From a bacterium (GTDB lineage Bacteria > Patescibacteriota > Saccharimonadia > Saccharimonadales > DATKHC01), in contig JAJXXC010000006.1 in the NCBI GenBank assembly GCA_021781215.1, forward strand, positions 11,029-75,028: a stretch of DNA of 64,000 nucleotides, given 5' to 3'. The position numbers and the translations under genes were made by a program. The notes under the pieces are model-generated. The model had not been told where the DNA came from. It searched no databases and saw nothing but the letters and a program-made list of their open reading frames with translations. Below, one piece after another: positions 49,475 to 60,636 of the stretch; within the stretch, counting starts at the first letter, position 1; each line of letters opens with the position of its first letter.

Positions 49475-49816
49475 ATGGAGGTGATTATGAAACCTACACT
49501 TTACTTAACAGGAATAACTCGGTTTATAATTGGCTTAGCCGAAGCCATACTAGTATTGAGAATAGTACTAAGACTGTTTGCAGCTAATCCATCAGCATCG
49601 TTCGTGCACTGGATTTATACGACTAGTGATACATTACTCGAGCCCTTTAGGGGAATCTTCCAAATCGGTGTGATTCATAAATCATATGTTCTAGATTTTA
49701 CAGCCCTCTTCGCTCTAATTGTTTATGGCCTATTGGGTGCACTTTTAGTGTATCTAGTTTTCTTTTTAGAGAATACAATGGCTACAGCTAGCACTAGAAC
49801 AACAAAAGAAAAATAG
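49475..49816 (+). CDS. YggT family membrane protein (likely start 49487)
   Basis: LRIVLRLFAANP...LLEPFRGIF...LDFTALFALIVY. Confidence 0.8.
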   Translation: MEVIMKPTLYLTGITRFIIGLAEAILVLRIVLRLFAANPSASFVHWIYTTSDTLLEPFRGIFQIGVIHKSYVLDFTALFALIVYGLLGALLVYLVFFLENTMATASTRTTKEK

Positions 49817-49917
49817 TTGAATTATAATCAGATCTTGATAATAGCCAAGGTATAGTGAGGTATCTGGTTCTTGATGGAATTGACAAATTATAAAATTAGT
49901 ATAGAATATAATATCTC

Positions 49918-50208
49918 ATGGATACAAGAGAAACTGTTATTGCTAGAAATAGCCTTAGGAAAAAACGCAATGAATGTGCGGCTTGGAGCTCACTATTTAT
50001 GGGTCTTACCGTTGCCTGTATTTCGGTTGCGCTAGATATGCCAAAATATCAGGATGGTGGTAAGCCCGATCTTATTGGCATAGCCACTGTTAGTGCAGTT
50101 GCGTTCGTTTATGAGGCGCTTAAATCAGTGGCTTATTCAAAAGAAGCGGAATCTTTTAACACTGTATTAAATCAACAAAGTTATACTAATAAATCGCAAC
50201 AACAATAA
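49918..50208 (+). CDS. hypothetical membrane protein
   Basis: Two TM helices; TTGACA and TATAAT upstream. Confidence 0.55.
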   Translation: MDTRETVIARNSLRKKRNECAAWSSLFMGLTVACISVALDMPKYQDGGKPDLIGIATVSAVAFVYEALKSVAYSKEAESFNTVLNQQSYTNKSQQQ

Positions 50209-50261
50209 ATCCTCGGCACTTTTATAACGAAACTATTTTATAATTTGATTCGACTATTTTT

Positions 50262-50927
50262 TTAAAACTTGTTGTTAAGAGACATAATTTCAATGAAAAC
50301 TTCAGCTATCTCATTTTTGAGTTTTATCACTTCGGGCAGATCGTGTGAGTATTTTTTCATTTCTGAGATTTGCTTATCGTAACCGGTGATTAACTCCTCT
50401 TGAGTCATATTGATTTGCCTAATATATTTGCCATTATTTAAAATATGGGTAATTTCTGGCATCAATTTGTCTAGACCCTTAACGAACCGTGCTTCTATGG
50501 TATCAAGAGCTTCATAGCTAGTCGTCGTGTTAGCTAACCATGGGAAACTTTTTCCGAATTCTTTGATAATCCTAGCAAGAGCCTCGGCCTCACGTTTATT
50601 TTTTGCTTGCTTTTCCTCTTCGCTAATTCGGACAGTAATGGTATCACCAGCATAAACTTCGACTAAATCATGGATTAGGGCATACTGAGCTATTTTTCCA
50701 ATATCCAGATCAGGCCTAAGCCTATCTGCTATTGCGCATCCCAAAACGCTAAGCATTATGCTGTGATCGGAATCTGTTTCTGGCCTAGATCCATCTTCGT
50801 GGAATGTAGATCTTTCCACCCTAGAGAATTTTAACAAAAGCTGTCCAAGATTAATTACATCAGATACCTTGACTGTAGACTTCAATTTGATAGGTGTTTT
50901 TTTAGCCATCAATTTTAGTTTATCCAT
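50262..50927 (-). CDS. HD-domain phosphohydrolase
   Basis: ETDSDHS...LIHDLVEVYAGD...LDKL. Confidence 0.88.
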   Translation of the reverse strand: MDKLKLMAKKTPIKLKSTVKVSDVINLGQLLLKFSRVERSTFHEDGSRPETDSDHSIMLSVLGCAIADRLRPDLDIGKIAQYALIHDLVEVYAGDTITVRISEEEKQAKNKREAEALARIIKEFGKSFPWLANTTTSYEALDTIEARFVKGLDKLMPEITHILNNGKYIRQINMTQEELITGYDKQISEMKKYSHDLPEVIKLKNEIAEVFIEIMSLNNKF

Positions 50928-50994
50928 TTTTCACCTAACATTGCAAGAGATTCAATTTTTTTGTGGGCTTAAGTAACCAACGATGTCTTATAAA

Positions 50995-51621
50995 TTAGAA
51001 CCCAACGATTTCTTTAATTAGAATGACTGTCACCCTATTATTCGTTTCTTTTCGATAGATTAGAATTTTGTTTAATGAAGAGTGCCTGTTGTAGGCCTTT
51101 AGCGCTCTTTCGTCTTCCAGCTGAAGAACATAATTTTCTATGCGGTTGAACCCCTCATTTAGATTCTCAACAATCTTCTTAGTGCTAACTAACCAAATTA
51201 CATGATTGGCTCCAAAAACATAGTTGGGGATTTGGCTACCGCTAGCAGAAGCTATTAATGCTTGACCGTCTTCGGTTATTGCATGAACGCTGCCAAGCAC
51301 ATATTCTGAGGCGGAGCCAATTCGTTTCATTTCCAGTATCTTATCTTCTTGCCCCTGGAGTTCTGTAAATTTCTTCCTAGTTGATATGTAGTCACCGGAT
51401 TCATTTATGATTTCGTTTAATCCAGCTTGGCTGACAGTTACAGAACTTACGGTAAATACTTCAGAGCCCTTTGGTATGATGCTCAGCACTTTTTCTTTGG
51501 CAGCCTCTAAGTTGTCTGTCACGATAACCTCAAATCCATTTTTCCTAAGTGCATCAGTAGCATTTGCTAAAGACTCTTCATTGGCTAATTGATCAAACTT
51601 ATTATTTAGGTTCAGTGACAT
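50995..51621 (-). CDS. LUD-domain (lactate utilisation/YkgG-like) protein
   Basis: LGSVHAITEDG...SASGSQ...FGA..VI.LVS.KKIV. Confidence 0.75.
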   Translation of the reverse strand: MSLNLNNKFDQLANEESLANATDALRKNGFEVIVTDNLEAAKEKVLSIIPKGSEVFTVSSVTVSQAGLNEIINESGDYISTRKKFTELQGQEDKILEMKRIGSASEYVLGSVHAITEDGQALIASASGSQIPNYVFGANHVIWLVSTKKIVENLNEGFNRIENYVLQLEDERALKAYNRHSSLNKILIYRKETNNRVTVILIKEIVGF

Positions 51622-51689
51622 TGGTCTACCCTTTTGTTATATTATTTATTAGGTGTTACAATATCGATACTATACTAAGTAAAGTGAGC

Positions 51690-52028
51690 ATGCAAGTTAA
51701 AATAATCGAAAAATCAAAGATTGAGAAGCATCCGGGCTGTGTTGCAGAGGCACTATCAATTATCGGTAATAAATGGACCGCATTATTAGTCATGGAATTA
51801 GCTAAGGGGACTACCCGGTTTAGCCAACTAGAGGCTTCACTAAAGGGTATTAGTCCTAGAACTCTCTCGCAAAGACTAGATTATTTAGTTGATAAATCGA
51901 TTATATCTAAGCAGAATTTTTCAGAAATGCCTCCTAGGGTTGAATATTTACTAACTAAAAAAGGCTATGATTTGATTCCAATTCTACAAAGTATGGCATC
52001 TTGGGGTAACAAATATTATCAAGATTAG
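51690..52028 (+). CDS. HxlR family winged-helix regulator
   Basis: CVAEALSIIGNKW...RFSQL...ISPRTLSQRL...PPRVEY.LT; start at ATG 51690. Confidence 0.9.
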   Translation: MQVKIIEKSKIEKHPGCVAEALSIIGNKWTALLVMELAKGTTRFSQLEASLKGISPRTLSQRLDYLVDKSIISKQNFSEMPPRVEYLLTKKGYDLIPILQSMASWGNKYYQD

Positions 52029-52067
52029 CTTGTTATATTTTTTCAATAAACTAATCTAATTTTTGGC

Positions 52068-53849
52068 ATGAAACAAATTATAAGAATTATCAGATTTACT
52101 AAGGAGCTATGGCCTTTTTATATAGGCGTAGGTATCTTGACCATCCTTTTGGCGTTGATGGCACAGCTTCAGCCGCTATTTACTAAGGGAGCGATCGACC
52201 AAATAACCAAGATATTGGGCGGTGGTAAGGCAGACATTATGATTGTGGCCTTATTCGCATTGCTAATTTTTGTAACCGATTTTATGTCGACTATATTTAG
52301 TAATATTGCAGGTTACTACGGCGATATCCTAAGCGTCAAAATAGCGCGAATAATGAGTCGTAAATATTTCGAACACTTACTTAATCTGCCCCAAACTTAT
52401 TTCGATACCGAGTTAACCGGAACGATTATTAATCGAATGAACCGTGGAGTGACTCAGATAAGTAATTTCATGAACATGTTAAGTAACAATTTCCTTCAAT
52501 TTATATTTAGCACGGTCTTTACCCTAGTAATCGTTCTATATTATTCCTGGCAGGTTGGTTTAATGCTCGGTGTCTTGTATCCAATATTTGTTTGGCTAAC
52601 AACTCGAAGCAGTGAAAAGTGGCAGGGTTATCAAAAAACTATTAATACTGAGCAAGATATTGCTAACGGGCGTTTTGCCGAAGCTATTGGACAAGTGAGA
52701 GTAGTTAAGAGCTTTACCCAAGAAAAACGGGAACTTAAATTATTTACCAAACACTATGATAAATCAGTAGCAACAACTTACCCCCAAAGTAGATATTGGC
52801 ATAAACAGGACATTAAAAGACGGGTTATTTTAAACCTAATCTTCTTTATGATCTTTGCTTATATCTTTATTGAAACCGCACATCGAGTCTACGGTATCGG
52901 CACCATGGTTCTATTAATTCAGTATGCGCTACTGGTTAGAATCCCTATCTTTAGTATTAGTTTTTTGGTTGATCAAACCCAAAGGGCTTTAGCGAATACC
53001 AAAGATTATTTTCAGGCCATGGATATCGAACCTGAAATAACTGATTCGGTGAATGCCAAGAAACTGAATGTATCTAAGGGGGTTGTTGAGTTTAAGGACG
53101 TTAGTTTTGCATATCAGGAAAAAGAGCCGGTGCTAAAAGACATGAATTTTATATTACCCGAAAACAGCAAGACTGCCTTAGTTGGAGAAAGTGGTCAGGG
53201 TAAAACCACTATTACCAGTCTGCTACTTAGGTTATATACCTTAGACAATGGCAGTATTCTAATTGATAATCAAGACATTAAAGAAGTAACCCAGCAGTCG
53301 CTTAGAGATAATATTGCCGTCGTTTTTCAAGAACCGGCATTGTTTAGCGGTACGATTAAAGAAAATATAGCCTATGCTAATCCATCTGCTAGTAGCGAAC
53401 AGGTTATAGCCGCAGCTAAGGCTGCTAATGCGGATGAATTTATCGATAAATTAGAAAATGGCTACGATACCGAAATAGGTGAACGAGGTCTTAAGCTAAG
53501 TGGTGGACAGAAACAAAGAATTGCTATAGCCAGAGCCCTACTTAAGGATGCGCCGATCTTAATTCTTGATGAAGCAACTAGTAGTTTGGACAGCAAGAGT
53601 GAAAAATTAGTCCAACAAGCTTTGAATCGGTTAATGAACAGTCGTACCACTTTAATTATTGCCCACAGATTAAGCACGATCCAATCGGTTGATCAAATAG
53701 TTACACTTAAAAATGGTCGGGTTGATGAGATCGGCAGCCCAGAAGAATTAAGTAGTAGCCAGGGAATTTATCAGCAATTACTAGAGTTACAACAGACCCA
53801 TACTAAGGCTACTAAAAAGAAACTTCAAGAGTTTGAGATAACATCTTAA
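52068..53849 (+). CDS. ABC transporter, fused permease/ATP-binding
   Basis: GESGQGKTT, LSGGQKQR, LDEATSSLD. Confidence 0.93.
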   Translation: MKQIIRIIRFTKELWPFYIGVGILTILLALMAQLQPLFTKGAIDQITKILGGGKADIMIVALFALLIFVTDFMSTIFSNIAGYYGDILSVKIARIMSRKYFEHLLNLPQTYFDTELTGTIINRMNRGVTQISNFMNMLSNNFLQFIFSTVFTLVIVLYYSWQVGLMLGVLYPIFVWLTTRSSEKWQGYQKTINTEQDIANGRFAEAIGQVRVVKSFTQEKRELKLFTKHYDKSVATTYPQSRYWHKQDIKRRVILNLIFFMIFAYIFIETAHRVYGIGTMVLLIQYALLVRIPIFSISFLVDQTQRALANTKDYFQAMDIEPEITDSVNAKKLNVSKGVVEFKDVSFAYQEKEPVLKDMNFILPENSKTALVGESGQGKTTITSLLLRLYTLDNGSILIDNQDIKEVTQQSLRDNIAVVFQEPALFSGTIKENIAYANPSASSEQVIAAAKAANADEFIDKLENGYDTEIGERGLKLSGGQKQRIAIARALLKDAPILILDEATSSLDSKSEKLVQQALNRLMNSRTTLIIAHRLSTIQSVDQIVTLKNGRVDEIGSPEELSSSQGIYQQLLELQQTHTKATKKKLQEFEITS

Positions 53850-53929
53850 AAACACTTTGTAAAATTTAATACTTATGCTATAATAGTAAATAATATTTTC
53901 AGAATAGCGCTGGGAAGGCGCTTTTTTAT

Positions 53930-55753
53930 ATGAATCAGAATTCACAAAAAATTAGAAACATTGCGATTATTGCTCACGTTGACCACGGCAAAACTACTCT
54001 CGTCGATGGTCTATTAAAGCAATCTAAAACATTTAGAGATAATCAGGCTGAGATGAGCCAACATCTAATTATGGATAGTGGTGACCAGGAAAAAGAACGT
54101 GGTATTACTATCACCGCTAAAATTACTGCTGTTCAGCACGAGGATTACAGAATCAATATTATCGACACACCGGGACATGCAGACTTTAGTGGTGAAGTTG
54201 AGCGAACGCTTAATATGGCGGATGGCTGCTTGTTAATAGTTGATGCACAAGAAGGCCCAATGCCTCAAACAAAATTTGTACTGACTAAGGCTCTAGCTAA
54301 TAATCTAAAACCAATCGTAATTATAAATAAAATAGATAAACCAAGCGCAAGAATCGCAGAAGTAGAAGATGAAGTAGCCGATCTATTTCTTGAATTAGCA
54401 GTGCATGAAGATCAGTTGCATTATCCAGTTTATTACAGCGTAGGACGAGCCGGTAAGGCCTGGGAAAAAATACCAGCTAATTTTGAAGAGGAAGGTGATC
54501 TATCGGTTATATTCGATGCAATAATCAATCGAATTCCGGCACCAGATGTCTCTATCGACAAGCCATTACAAATGCTAGTATCAGCCCTTGCTTGGGATAC
54601 ATTTAAGGGTAAATATGCAATTGGGCGAATTACGAGCGGTCAATTAAGGCCAAATGATCAAGTTACACTATGTAAAAAAGACGGAACTATGGTCAAGGCT
54701 AAAATCGATAACTTAATGCTTAGCCAGGGGACTGAAAGAGTAGAAATTGATCATGGTATTGCCGGCGACATCGTTGCAGTCACTGGTATATCCGATGTCC
54801 AGATCGGTGAAACAATCGCTGACTACAACAATCCGGTTGCATTGCCAGTACTGGAAGTTGAAGCACCGACTCTTAAAATTTACTTAGGCCCTAACACTAG
54901 TCCATTCAAGGGCACAGAAGGCCAGTTCACCACCAGTAGACAAATTGGTGATCGACTAAACAAGGAGCTTGAATCAAATGTTGGTCTACGGGTTAAAGAA
55001 GAAGGAATCGGTTTTCTAATTAGCGGTAGAGGCGAATTACATCTAAGCGTTCTAATTGAAACCCTAAGACGAGAAGGTTACGAATTCGAAGTTGGTCGAC
55101 CCCAAGTAGTTACTGTAGAAAAAGACGGAAAAATTGAAGAGCCAATCGAAGAATTGATTATAGAAATACCAGCTGATTACGTAGGAAATGTTCAAATGGA
55201 GCTCGGGACACGTAAGGCCGAATTAAAGGAACAATTCACTAGCCCTAAGGGAATTACCAAATTAGTCTACGAATTGCCTACAAGAGCTTTATTGGGGCTT
55301 AGGGATAGGCTTATGACCAACACTAAAGGTACGGCCGTGATTAATAGTTTAATGATTGGCTATCAGCCACTAGGTTCAAGTTTGGCTCAGACTCGTAATG
55401 GAGTTTTGATTGCTTACGAAACTGGTGTTACTACCCCATATTCTTTGCAAAGTGCTGAAGCAAGAGGTGTTTGTTTTGTTGGGCCAGCAGTTAAGGTTTA
55501 TGCCGGACAAATAGTTGGACTAAATAACCGGTCAGATGATCTAGAGATTAATGTTTGTAAGGCCAAGCATTTAACTAACATGAGAAGTAGTTCTAGCGAT
55601 GGTGTGGTTCAGCTAACGCCACCGATAATATATAGCCTTGAGCAGTGCATTAGCTTTATCGAAGAGGATGAGTTATTGGAAGTAACTCCACAATCTCTTC
55701 GACTTCGCAAAAAAGAACTAGATGCCAATAAACGAAAACGCAATAAAAACTAG
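53930..55753 (+). CDS. typA: translational GTPase TypA/BipA
   Basis: [37 protein letters not shown]. Confidence 0.97.
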   Translation: MNQNSQKIRNIAIIAHVDHGKTTLVDGLLKQSKTFRDNQAEMSQHLIMDSGDQEKERGITITAKITAVQHEDYRINIIDTPGHADFSGEVERTLNMADGCLLIVDAQEGPMPQTKFVLTKALANNLKPIVIINKIDKPSARIAEVEDEVADLFLELAVHEDQLHYPVYYSVGRAGKAWEKIPANFEEEGDLSVIFDAIINRIPAPDVSIDKPLQMLVSALAWDTFKGKYAIGRITSGQLRPNDQVTLCKKDGTMVKAKIDNLMLSQGTERVEIDHGIAGDIVAVTGISDVQIGETIADYNNPVALPVLEVEAPTLKIYLGPNTSPFKGTEGQFTTSRQIGDRLNKELESNVGLRVKEEGIGFLISGRGELHLSVLIETLRREGYEFEVGRPQVVTVEKDGKIEEPIEELIIEIPADYVGNVQMELGTRKAELKEQFTSPKGITKLVYELPTRALLGLRDRLMTNTKGTAVINSLMIGYQPLGSSLAQTRNGVLIAYETGVTTPYSLQSAEARGVCFVGPAVKVYAGQIVGLNNRSDDLEINVCKAKHLTNMRSSSSDGVVQLTPPIIYSLEQCISFIEEDELLEVTPQSLRLRKKELDANKRKRNKN

Positions 55754-55785
55754 ACCCTTCAAGTCGGCTATCTAAAGCTGAAAAT

Positions 55786-56277
55786 TTATTCCCTAATCGA
55801 TGAAGTATCGGGTGTAACTATTGTTAAGTCGCCACCGTTACAAAGTGTTTCTGCAACTATATTGAGGCTGATTAAGACGGCATCCCCAACATATAATAGC
55901 TTTCTTGATGGATATGATTCTTCTGGGTAGTACTGCGCCTTAACTATCGGCAGGGCTGTATCCGGGTCAATAGTTATGTCTTCTCTTATAGGGTTGTCAT
56001 AGGCACCTTTTGTAAACTTGGTGCCAATTATAGCCGTTTCACCGATTCTAAGTCGTAATTCAAGTTTTGGTTTCACTCCGTGGACTAAATCAACCATATT
56101 TCGTTCACTAGTCTGATATTCGATATCGCTGAGATTTAGGATTCTATTATGGCTAGGCCCGTAGCCACCGTACCACAAGCGTAGAGGGGACGTTAATGAG
56201 TTTAATTGATAACTAACTTTTTCACTGTCGAATGTTTCCATAATAATAAAGATATAGCTATAGCCTACGGATTGCAA
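55786..56277 (-). CDS. hypothetical protein (start probably near 56241)
   Basis: ORF only. Confidence 0.5.
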   Translation of the reverse strand: MQSVGYSYIFIIMETFDSEKVSYQLNSLTSPLRLWYGGYGPSHNRILNLSDIEYQTSERNMVDLVHGVKPKLELRLRIGETAIIGTKFTKGAYDNPIREDITIDPDTALPIVKAQYYPEESYPSRKLLYVGDAVLISLNIVAETLCNGGDLTIVTPDTSSIRE

Positions 56278-56477
56278 ACATGAGCTTAATCAGTACCACT
56301 GGTCTCATAAATGCATTTTCACCTGTCATGGGTTGACGCACAATAAATCTTATGCTACGATATAAATCGTTGTTTTTTATGAATCCGGGTTTGTTAATAA
56401 TATGAGTTACTCGATTTCGTAGAAGAAGCAATTGAAGTAACAATATTAATTAATAAACATTTAAGGATTCTATTTTT

Positions 56478-57677
56478 ATGTCTTCATATAATTATCGTTC
56501 TAATCAAAGAACAAATACTAACCGTAATAGTCAACGCGGCGGACGTTACGCACCAAGAAATAATCGCCGAATGGGTCAATACATTGATCCATCTAGATTT
56601 GTTAAAGCCGCTAAACCGGTCGAAACTCTGGAGTATATTGCTAAATACCAATTTAGTGATTTCGCCGTTGACGATTTAGTTAAAAGAAACGTCGCAGCTA
56701 AGGGTTACGTAACCCCTACACCAATTCAAGACCAGACCATTCCATTAGGCCTAGAAGGCAAGGATGTAATCGGTATTGCAAGCACTGGTACCGGTAAAAC
56801 AGCGGCATTCGCGTTACCGATACTTACTAAATTAATTAGAGACAAAAATAGCAAGGCTTTAATCGTTGCCCCTACAAGGGAATTAGCCCAGCAAATCGAA
56901 GACGAATGTCGTTCATTAGCCAAGGGCAGCGGATTAACTGGTGCCTTACTTATTGGAGGAACTCAAATGGGTCCTCAGCTTAGAGACTTGTCTTCAAATC
57001 CTAGCATTGTTGTCGGTACTCCCGGTAGAATCAAGGACCATATCGAAAGGCGAACTCTTAAAATCGCTAACTTTAACATGGTTGTCTTAGACGAAGTCGA
57101 CAGGATGTTGGACATGGGTTTTATTAATGACGTAAGAGAAATTCTTAGTCAACTAGCTCCAGTCAGACAGTCATTATTCTTCTCAGCAACTATGGATTCA
57201 AAAGTTAAGTCACTAATCGAGAGCTTTTCTAAAGAACCAATCATGATTTCACTTAAGACTGGTGAGGCCAGCGAAAATGTTAACCAAGATGTTGTTAGAT
57301 ATTCAGGTGATAGTGAAAAACTTGAAAAGCTACACGATATTTTGATTAGCCAACAAGTAGAAAAATCTATTATATTTAGCGAAACTCAAAGAAGTGTCGA
57401 AAAGCTTAGCAATATGCTAATCGAAAGAGGCTTTAAGGCAGATGCAATTCACGGTGGTAAAACCCAGGGACAAAGGCAAAGAGCGTTGAATAGATTCAAG
57501 GCTAACGAGATTAAGATTTTAGTAGCAACCGACGTTGCCGCAAGAGGCATCGATGTAGCTGATGTTACTCACGTGATTAACTTCTCTCAACCACAGTCTT
57601 ACGAAGATTATATTCACCGAATTGGTCGTGCTGGTCGTGCTGGTCGAATCGGACACGCTCTGACTTTTGTAAATTAA
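56478..57677 (+). CDS. DEAD/DEAH-box RNA helicase
   Basis: Q motif PTPIQ, TGTGKT, PTRELA, DEVD, SAT, HRIGRAGR. Confidence 0.96.
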   Translation: MSSYNYRSNQRTNTNRNSQRGGRYAPRNNRRMGQYIDPSRFVKAAKPVETLEYIAKYQFSDFAVDDLVKRNVAAKGYVTPTPIQDQTIPLGLEGKDVIGIASTGTGKTAAFALPILTKLIRDKNSKALIVAPTRELAQQIEDECRSLAKGSGLTGALLIGGTQMGPQLRDLSSNPSIVVGTPGRIKDHIERRTLKIANFNMVVLDEVDRMLDMGFINDVREILSQLAPVRQSLFFSATMDSKVKSLIESFSKEPIMISLKTGEASENVNQDVVRYSGDSEKLEKLHDILISQQVEKSIIFSETQRSVEKLSNMLIERGFKADAIHGGKTQGQRQRALNRFKANEIKILVATDVAARGIDVADVTHVINFSQPQSYEDYIHRIGRAGRAGRIGHALTFVN

Positions 57678-57688
57678 ATAATCGAATT

Positions 57689-57764
57689 TGGTGGCGCCTC
57701 CCAGACTCGAACTGGGGACACAAGGCTCTTCAGGCCTCTGCTCTACCAACTGAGCTAAAGCGCC
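57689..57764 (-). tRNA. tRNA-Phe(GAA)
   Basis: Reverse complement GGCGCTTTAGCTCAGTTGGTAGAGCA-GAGGC CT GAA GA GCCTT...GTTCGAGTCTGGGAGGCGCCACCA. Confidence 0.96.
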
Positions 57765-57862
57765 AATCAGTTTATTCTATTAGAAAATGGCGCTTTTCTC
57801 AATAGTGAAACTTGATTGCGGCATCTTTAAACGATATAATTTCTCTAGTCGTTTATAGATAT

Positions 57863-57938
57863 GCGAGTGTAGCTCAGCTGATAGAGCGCTTCCTTGCCAA
57901 GGAAGAGGCCACGGGTTTGAATCCCGTCACTCGCACCA
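57863..57938 (+). tRNA. tRNA-Gly(GCC)
   Basis: GCGAGTG...CTTCC TT GCC AA GGAAG...CACTCGCACCA. Confidence 0.94.
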
Positions 57939-57950
57939 ATTTGCATTATT

Positions 57951-57975
57951 AGCCCCATCTAGGGGCTTTTTGTTT
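57951..57975 (+). terminator. intrinsic terminator after tRNA-Gly
   Basis: AGCCCC-ATCTA-GGGGCT followed by TTTTGTTT. Confidence 0.75.
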
Positions 57976-58096
57976 AATTGGATAATGGCTTTATAGGTGT
58001 TAATTGGTTTAAAACTTAACTTTTTATCGTAAAGCACAGTATTGGCATTAGAAAAACACAGAGTCTATCTGCAGATACTTTTATTATTTAGCTTTT

Positions 58097-58330
58097 TTAT
58101 GTCAGCTTTTTTGTTGTACGTTTTTTGGACATAGTTAACTTGTGCGATTTATCCTGAGCCCTACTTGCCTTACTCGGCTGGCCGTCAAACCCGAGCAGCC
58201 AAATTGCTATTGGAAAGCAGACAACAGCGGCCATTAAACTGTAAATCTGTTCGCCTATCGTGAGGGCACTGTTGCCATATAATGAAGTAATAAATAATAA
58301 TGTTCCTAGGATTGCTCCCATTCCGAACAC
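58097..58330 (-). CDS. hypothetical membrane protein (possibly a fragment)
   Basis: Two TM helices and a basic tail. Confidence 0.45.
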   Translation of the reverse strand: MFGMGAILGTLLFITSLYGNSALTIGEQIYSLMAAVVCFPIAIWLLGFDGQPSKASRAQDKSHKLTMSKKRTTKKLT

Positions 58331-58670
58331 GTTAAATAATATTGTTGATAGAGTTTTGTTGATAGCTTAAACCTCTTGATTATTAGAATACTCTAGATAT
58401 CCATATTTTCAATGAAGTTATTATGTTAAAAAAAGATTCGAAATAACAAGATCACTGATCCAGGATGATTATCATTAAACATTTAGTGCCTTCCCCGACG
58501 CACCATTAGATTCCTAATAAGGTGCGTATCCTTACCCGCTTGCCACCCAAAAGTGAACGTTCTTACTGACTATTTTAGATTTAGATCTATCCGCTATTGT
58601 GACCATTGTCATAGAACTTGGGAGTATGTGGGCATATAAATACTAAGAGCAAATTAAATAGGAGGTTTTT

Positions 58671-59306
58671 ATGAATAAACTAACAGCTTGGATAATCACG
58701 GGCATTATAGTTGTAGGGATTGGCGCTACGGTCGTTGGTGTACTTATAGCCAATCGATCTTCGAATAATAAATTAGCAAGCACAACATCTTCTTCGACTA
58801 CTGCTACAATCTCTACGGATGAGCCATTACAAACACAGCAGCAAATAACTCTAAAAGACTGTCTTGCTGATACTTGCTTAAGAGTACCTGATCTTAGCTA
58901 TCCGGTAGCATCATTGCCAAGTAGCGTACAGACTGCATTATCCCAGTCTTTGGATAATGAGTACAAGATGCAGTCCTATTATCAGGCAGTCATCGATACC
59001 TTAGGGAGCCAAAGGCCTTTTGCGATGATAATTGGGGCCGAGACACAGCACGTTGCCGTAATTAACTCTTTGTATGAAAAATATGGTCTAAAATTAGAAC
59101 CCAATCAATGGGCCAATAAAACATACAATATAACCACTCTTACTAACGCATGTCAGACTGCAGCTGGTTATGAGCGTGACACGGTTAATTTGTATAATGC
59201 TTTATTGCCACAAGTAGCTAACTACCCAGACATAAGCCAAGTATTTACAAATATAAATGATGCCGCTAAAACCAGTCATTTGCCAGCCTTTGAAAAATGT
59301 TCTTGA
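58671..59306 (+). CDS. membrane-anchored ferritin-like (DUF2202-type) protein
   Basis: DNEYK...YQAVI...PF..I..AETQH...E...LY...HLPAF. Confidence 0.7.
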   Translation: MNKLTAWIITGIIVVGIGATVVGVLIANRSSNNKLASTTSSSTTATISTDEPLQTQQQITLKDCLADTCLRVPDLSYPVASLPSSVQTALSQSLDNEYKMQSYYQAVIDTLGSQRPFAMIIGAETQHVAVINSLYEKYGLKLEPNQWANKTYNITTLTNACQTAAGYERDTVNLYNALLPQVANYPDISQVFTNINDAAKTSHLPAFEKCS

Positions 59307-59427
59307 GACTCAGTACATTAAAAACTCGCATGCAGCCACTAAATCCATTGATCATATGACACTTTAATAAACTTGCAGCGTCTATTTAGCATCTGTGTTT
59401 TTATAGACTTAAGCGTAGAATTATAAT

Positions 59428-60540
59428 GTGGCTAAAAAACAAATAAGTAGAAGGGTACGCCGGCACTATATCCTAATAGGCCTACCCACTGCAGTGTTCT
59501 TAGTAGCAACAATAATTTTGTTGTATTGGTATTTTTCGGTAACTACTCCGAATCTACCTAAACCACCCCTAAAAGAGCTAGCTAAATCTCATAATATTGA
59601 ACTTGGTACTCACGTATCGCTTAGCCGGATTACCGACAAGCCCTATGTCAATATTGTTGTTTCTCAGTTTTCATTTATGACGATTGATGGTGAGGCGAAT
59701 TGGATTTCACTGCATCCGTCTCCACAGGTTTATAACTATGCTAAAGCCGATAAGTTGGTTGCTTTTGCTAAAGCCAATAATATGCCAATTCAAATACACC
59801 ACTTAGTATGGGGTGAACAAAAGTTTTTACCCAATTGGTTGAAAAATGGCCATTTTAATAAATCCCAACTCCTAGGTATTATTCACCAATATATTACTAA
59901 TGTGGTCAATCACTTTAAGAATAAAGTTGCAGTCTGGTCGGTCGTCAACGAAGCATTCACTAGGTCTCAACACACATATGGTCTGAGCGACTGGTGGGCG
60001 AATAATACTGGGGGCGAGACTACTTATATTGACGATTCATTTGTTTGGGCTCATCAAACAGATCCAAATGCTAAGCTAATCCTTAACGATTTCAATAATG
60101 AGACTGAAAATAATATCTCAAACTCAGAATATAGTTATATCAAAACCGCTAAAGCCAAGGGTATACCGATTAATGGAATTGGCATGCAAATGCATATTAA
60201 TGCAGCCAATCCGCCAAGTATAGGTGCTATGGTCAAAAATATGAAACGCTTTGCCGCTATAGGTGTCCCGGTATATATTACTGAATTCGATGTTAACTTA
60301 AATTCCGTAAAGGGAAGCAGTGCCTATAAAAATAAGCTACAAGCACAAATAACTTACAACGTAGTGAGGGCTTGCATTGAATCAGGGTCTTGCATAAGTT
60401 TCGATAATTTTGGAATAACCAACAAAGAAAGTTTTTTGAAATGGCTTGGACATACCGATTCACATTCCTTTTTATTCAACAGCCGATATCAACCTAAGGC
60501 GGCCTTTTATTCATTCCGTCAGGCATGGATGCAGAAATAA
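59428..60540 (+). CDS. glycoside hydrolase family 10 (endo-1,4-beta-xylanase-like), membrane-anchored
   Basis: HHLVW, WSVVNEA (acid/base), GIGMQMH, ITEFDV (nucleophile), PKAAFY. Confidence 0.9.
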   Translation: MAKKQISRRVRRHYILIGLPTAVFLVATIILLYWYFSVTTPNLPKPPLKELAKSHNIELGTHVSLSRITDKPYVNIVVSQFSFMTIDGEANWISLHPSPQVYNYAKADKLVAFAKANNMPIQIHHLVWGEQKFLPNWLKNGHFNKSQLLGIIHQYITNVVNHFKNKVAVWSVVNEAFTRSQHTYGLSDWWANNTGGETTYIDDSFVWAHQTDPNAKLILNDFNNETENNISNSEYSYIKTAKAKGIPINGIGMQMHINAANPPSIGAMVKNMKRFAAIGVPVYITEFDVNLNSVKGSSAYKNKLQAQITYNVVRACIESGSCISFDNFGITNKESFLKWLGHTDSHSFLFNSRYQPKAAFYSFRQAWMQK

Positions 60541-60636
60541 ACTCTTAGCCTCAGGTCAAAATTTTTAAAGACTAGAACCTATAAGTTTTTTAAAAATTAC
60601 TTGAGTCTAGTCAAGGTGTACTATTTAATTAGATTA

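Noticed and set aside
56013..56029. TAAACTTGGTGCCAATT resembles the tmRNA repeat core arm
   Set aside because: It is an isolated 17-mer inside an ORF, read in a different frame, with no flanking similarity or CCA core; probably chance.
57519..57749. 76-aa ORF
   Set aside because: Reads through tRNA-Phe and antisense to the helicase gene.
58440..59335. Possible att copies of the tRNA-Gly 3' end (CGCACCA ending at 58505; ACTCGCA at 59324)
   Set aside because: Only 7-bp matches with no recognisable peptide arm or shared flank; too weak to call an array.
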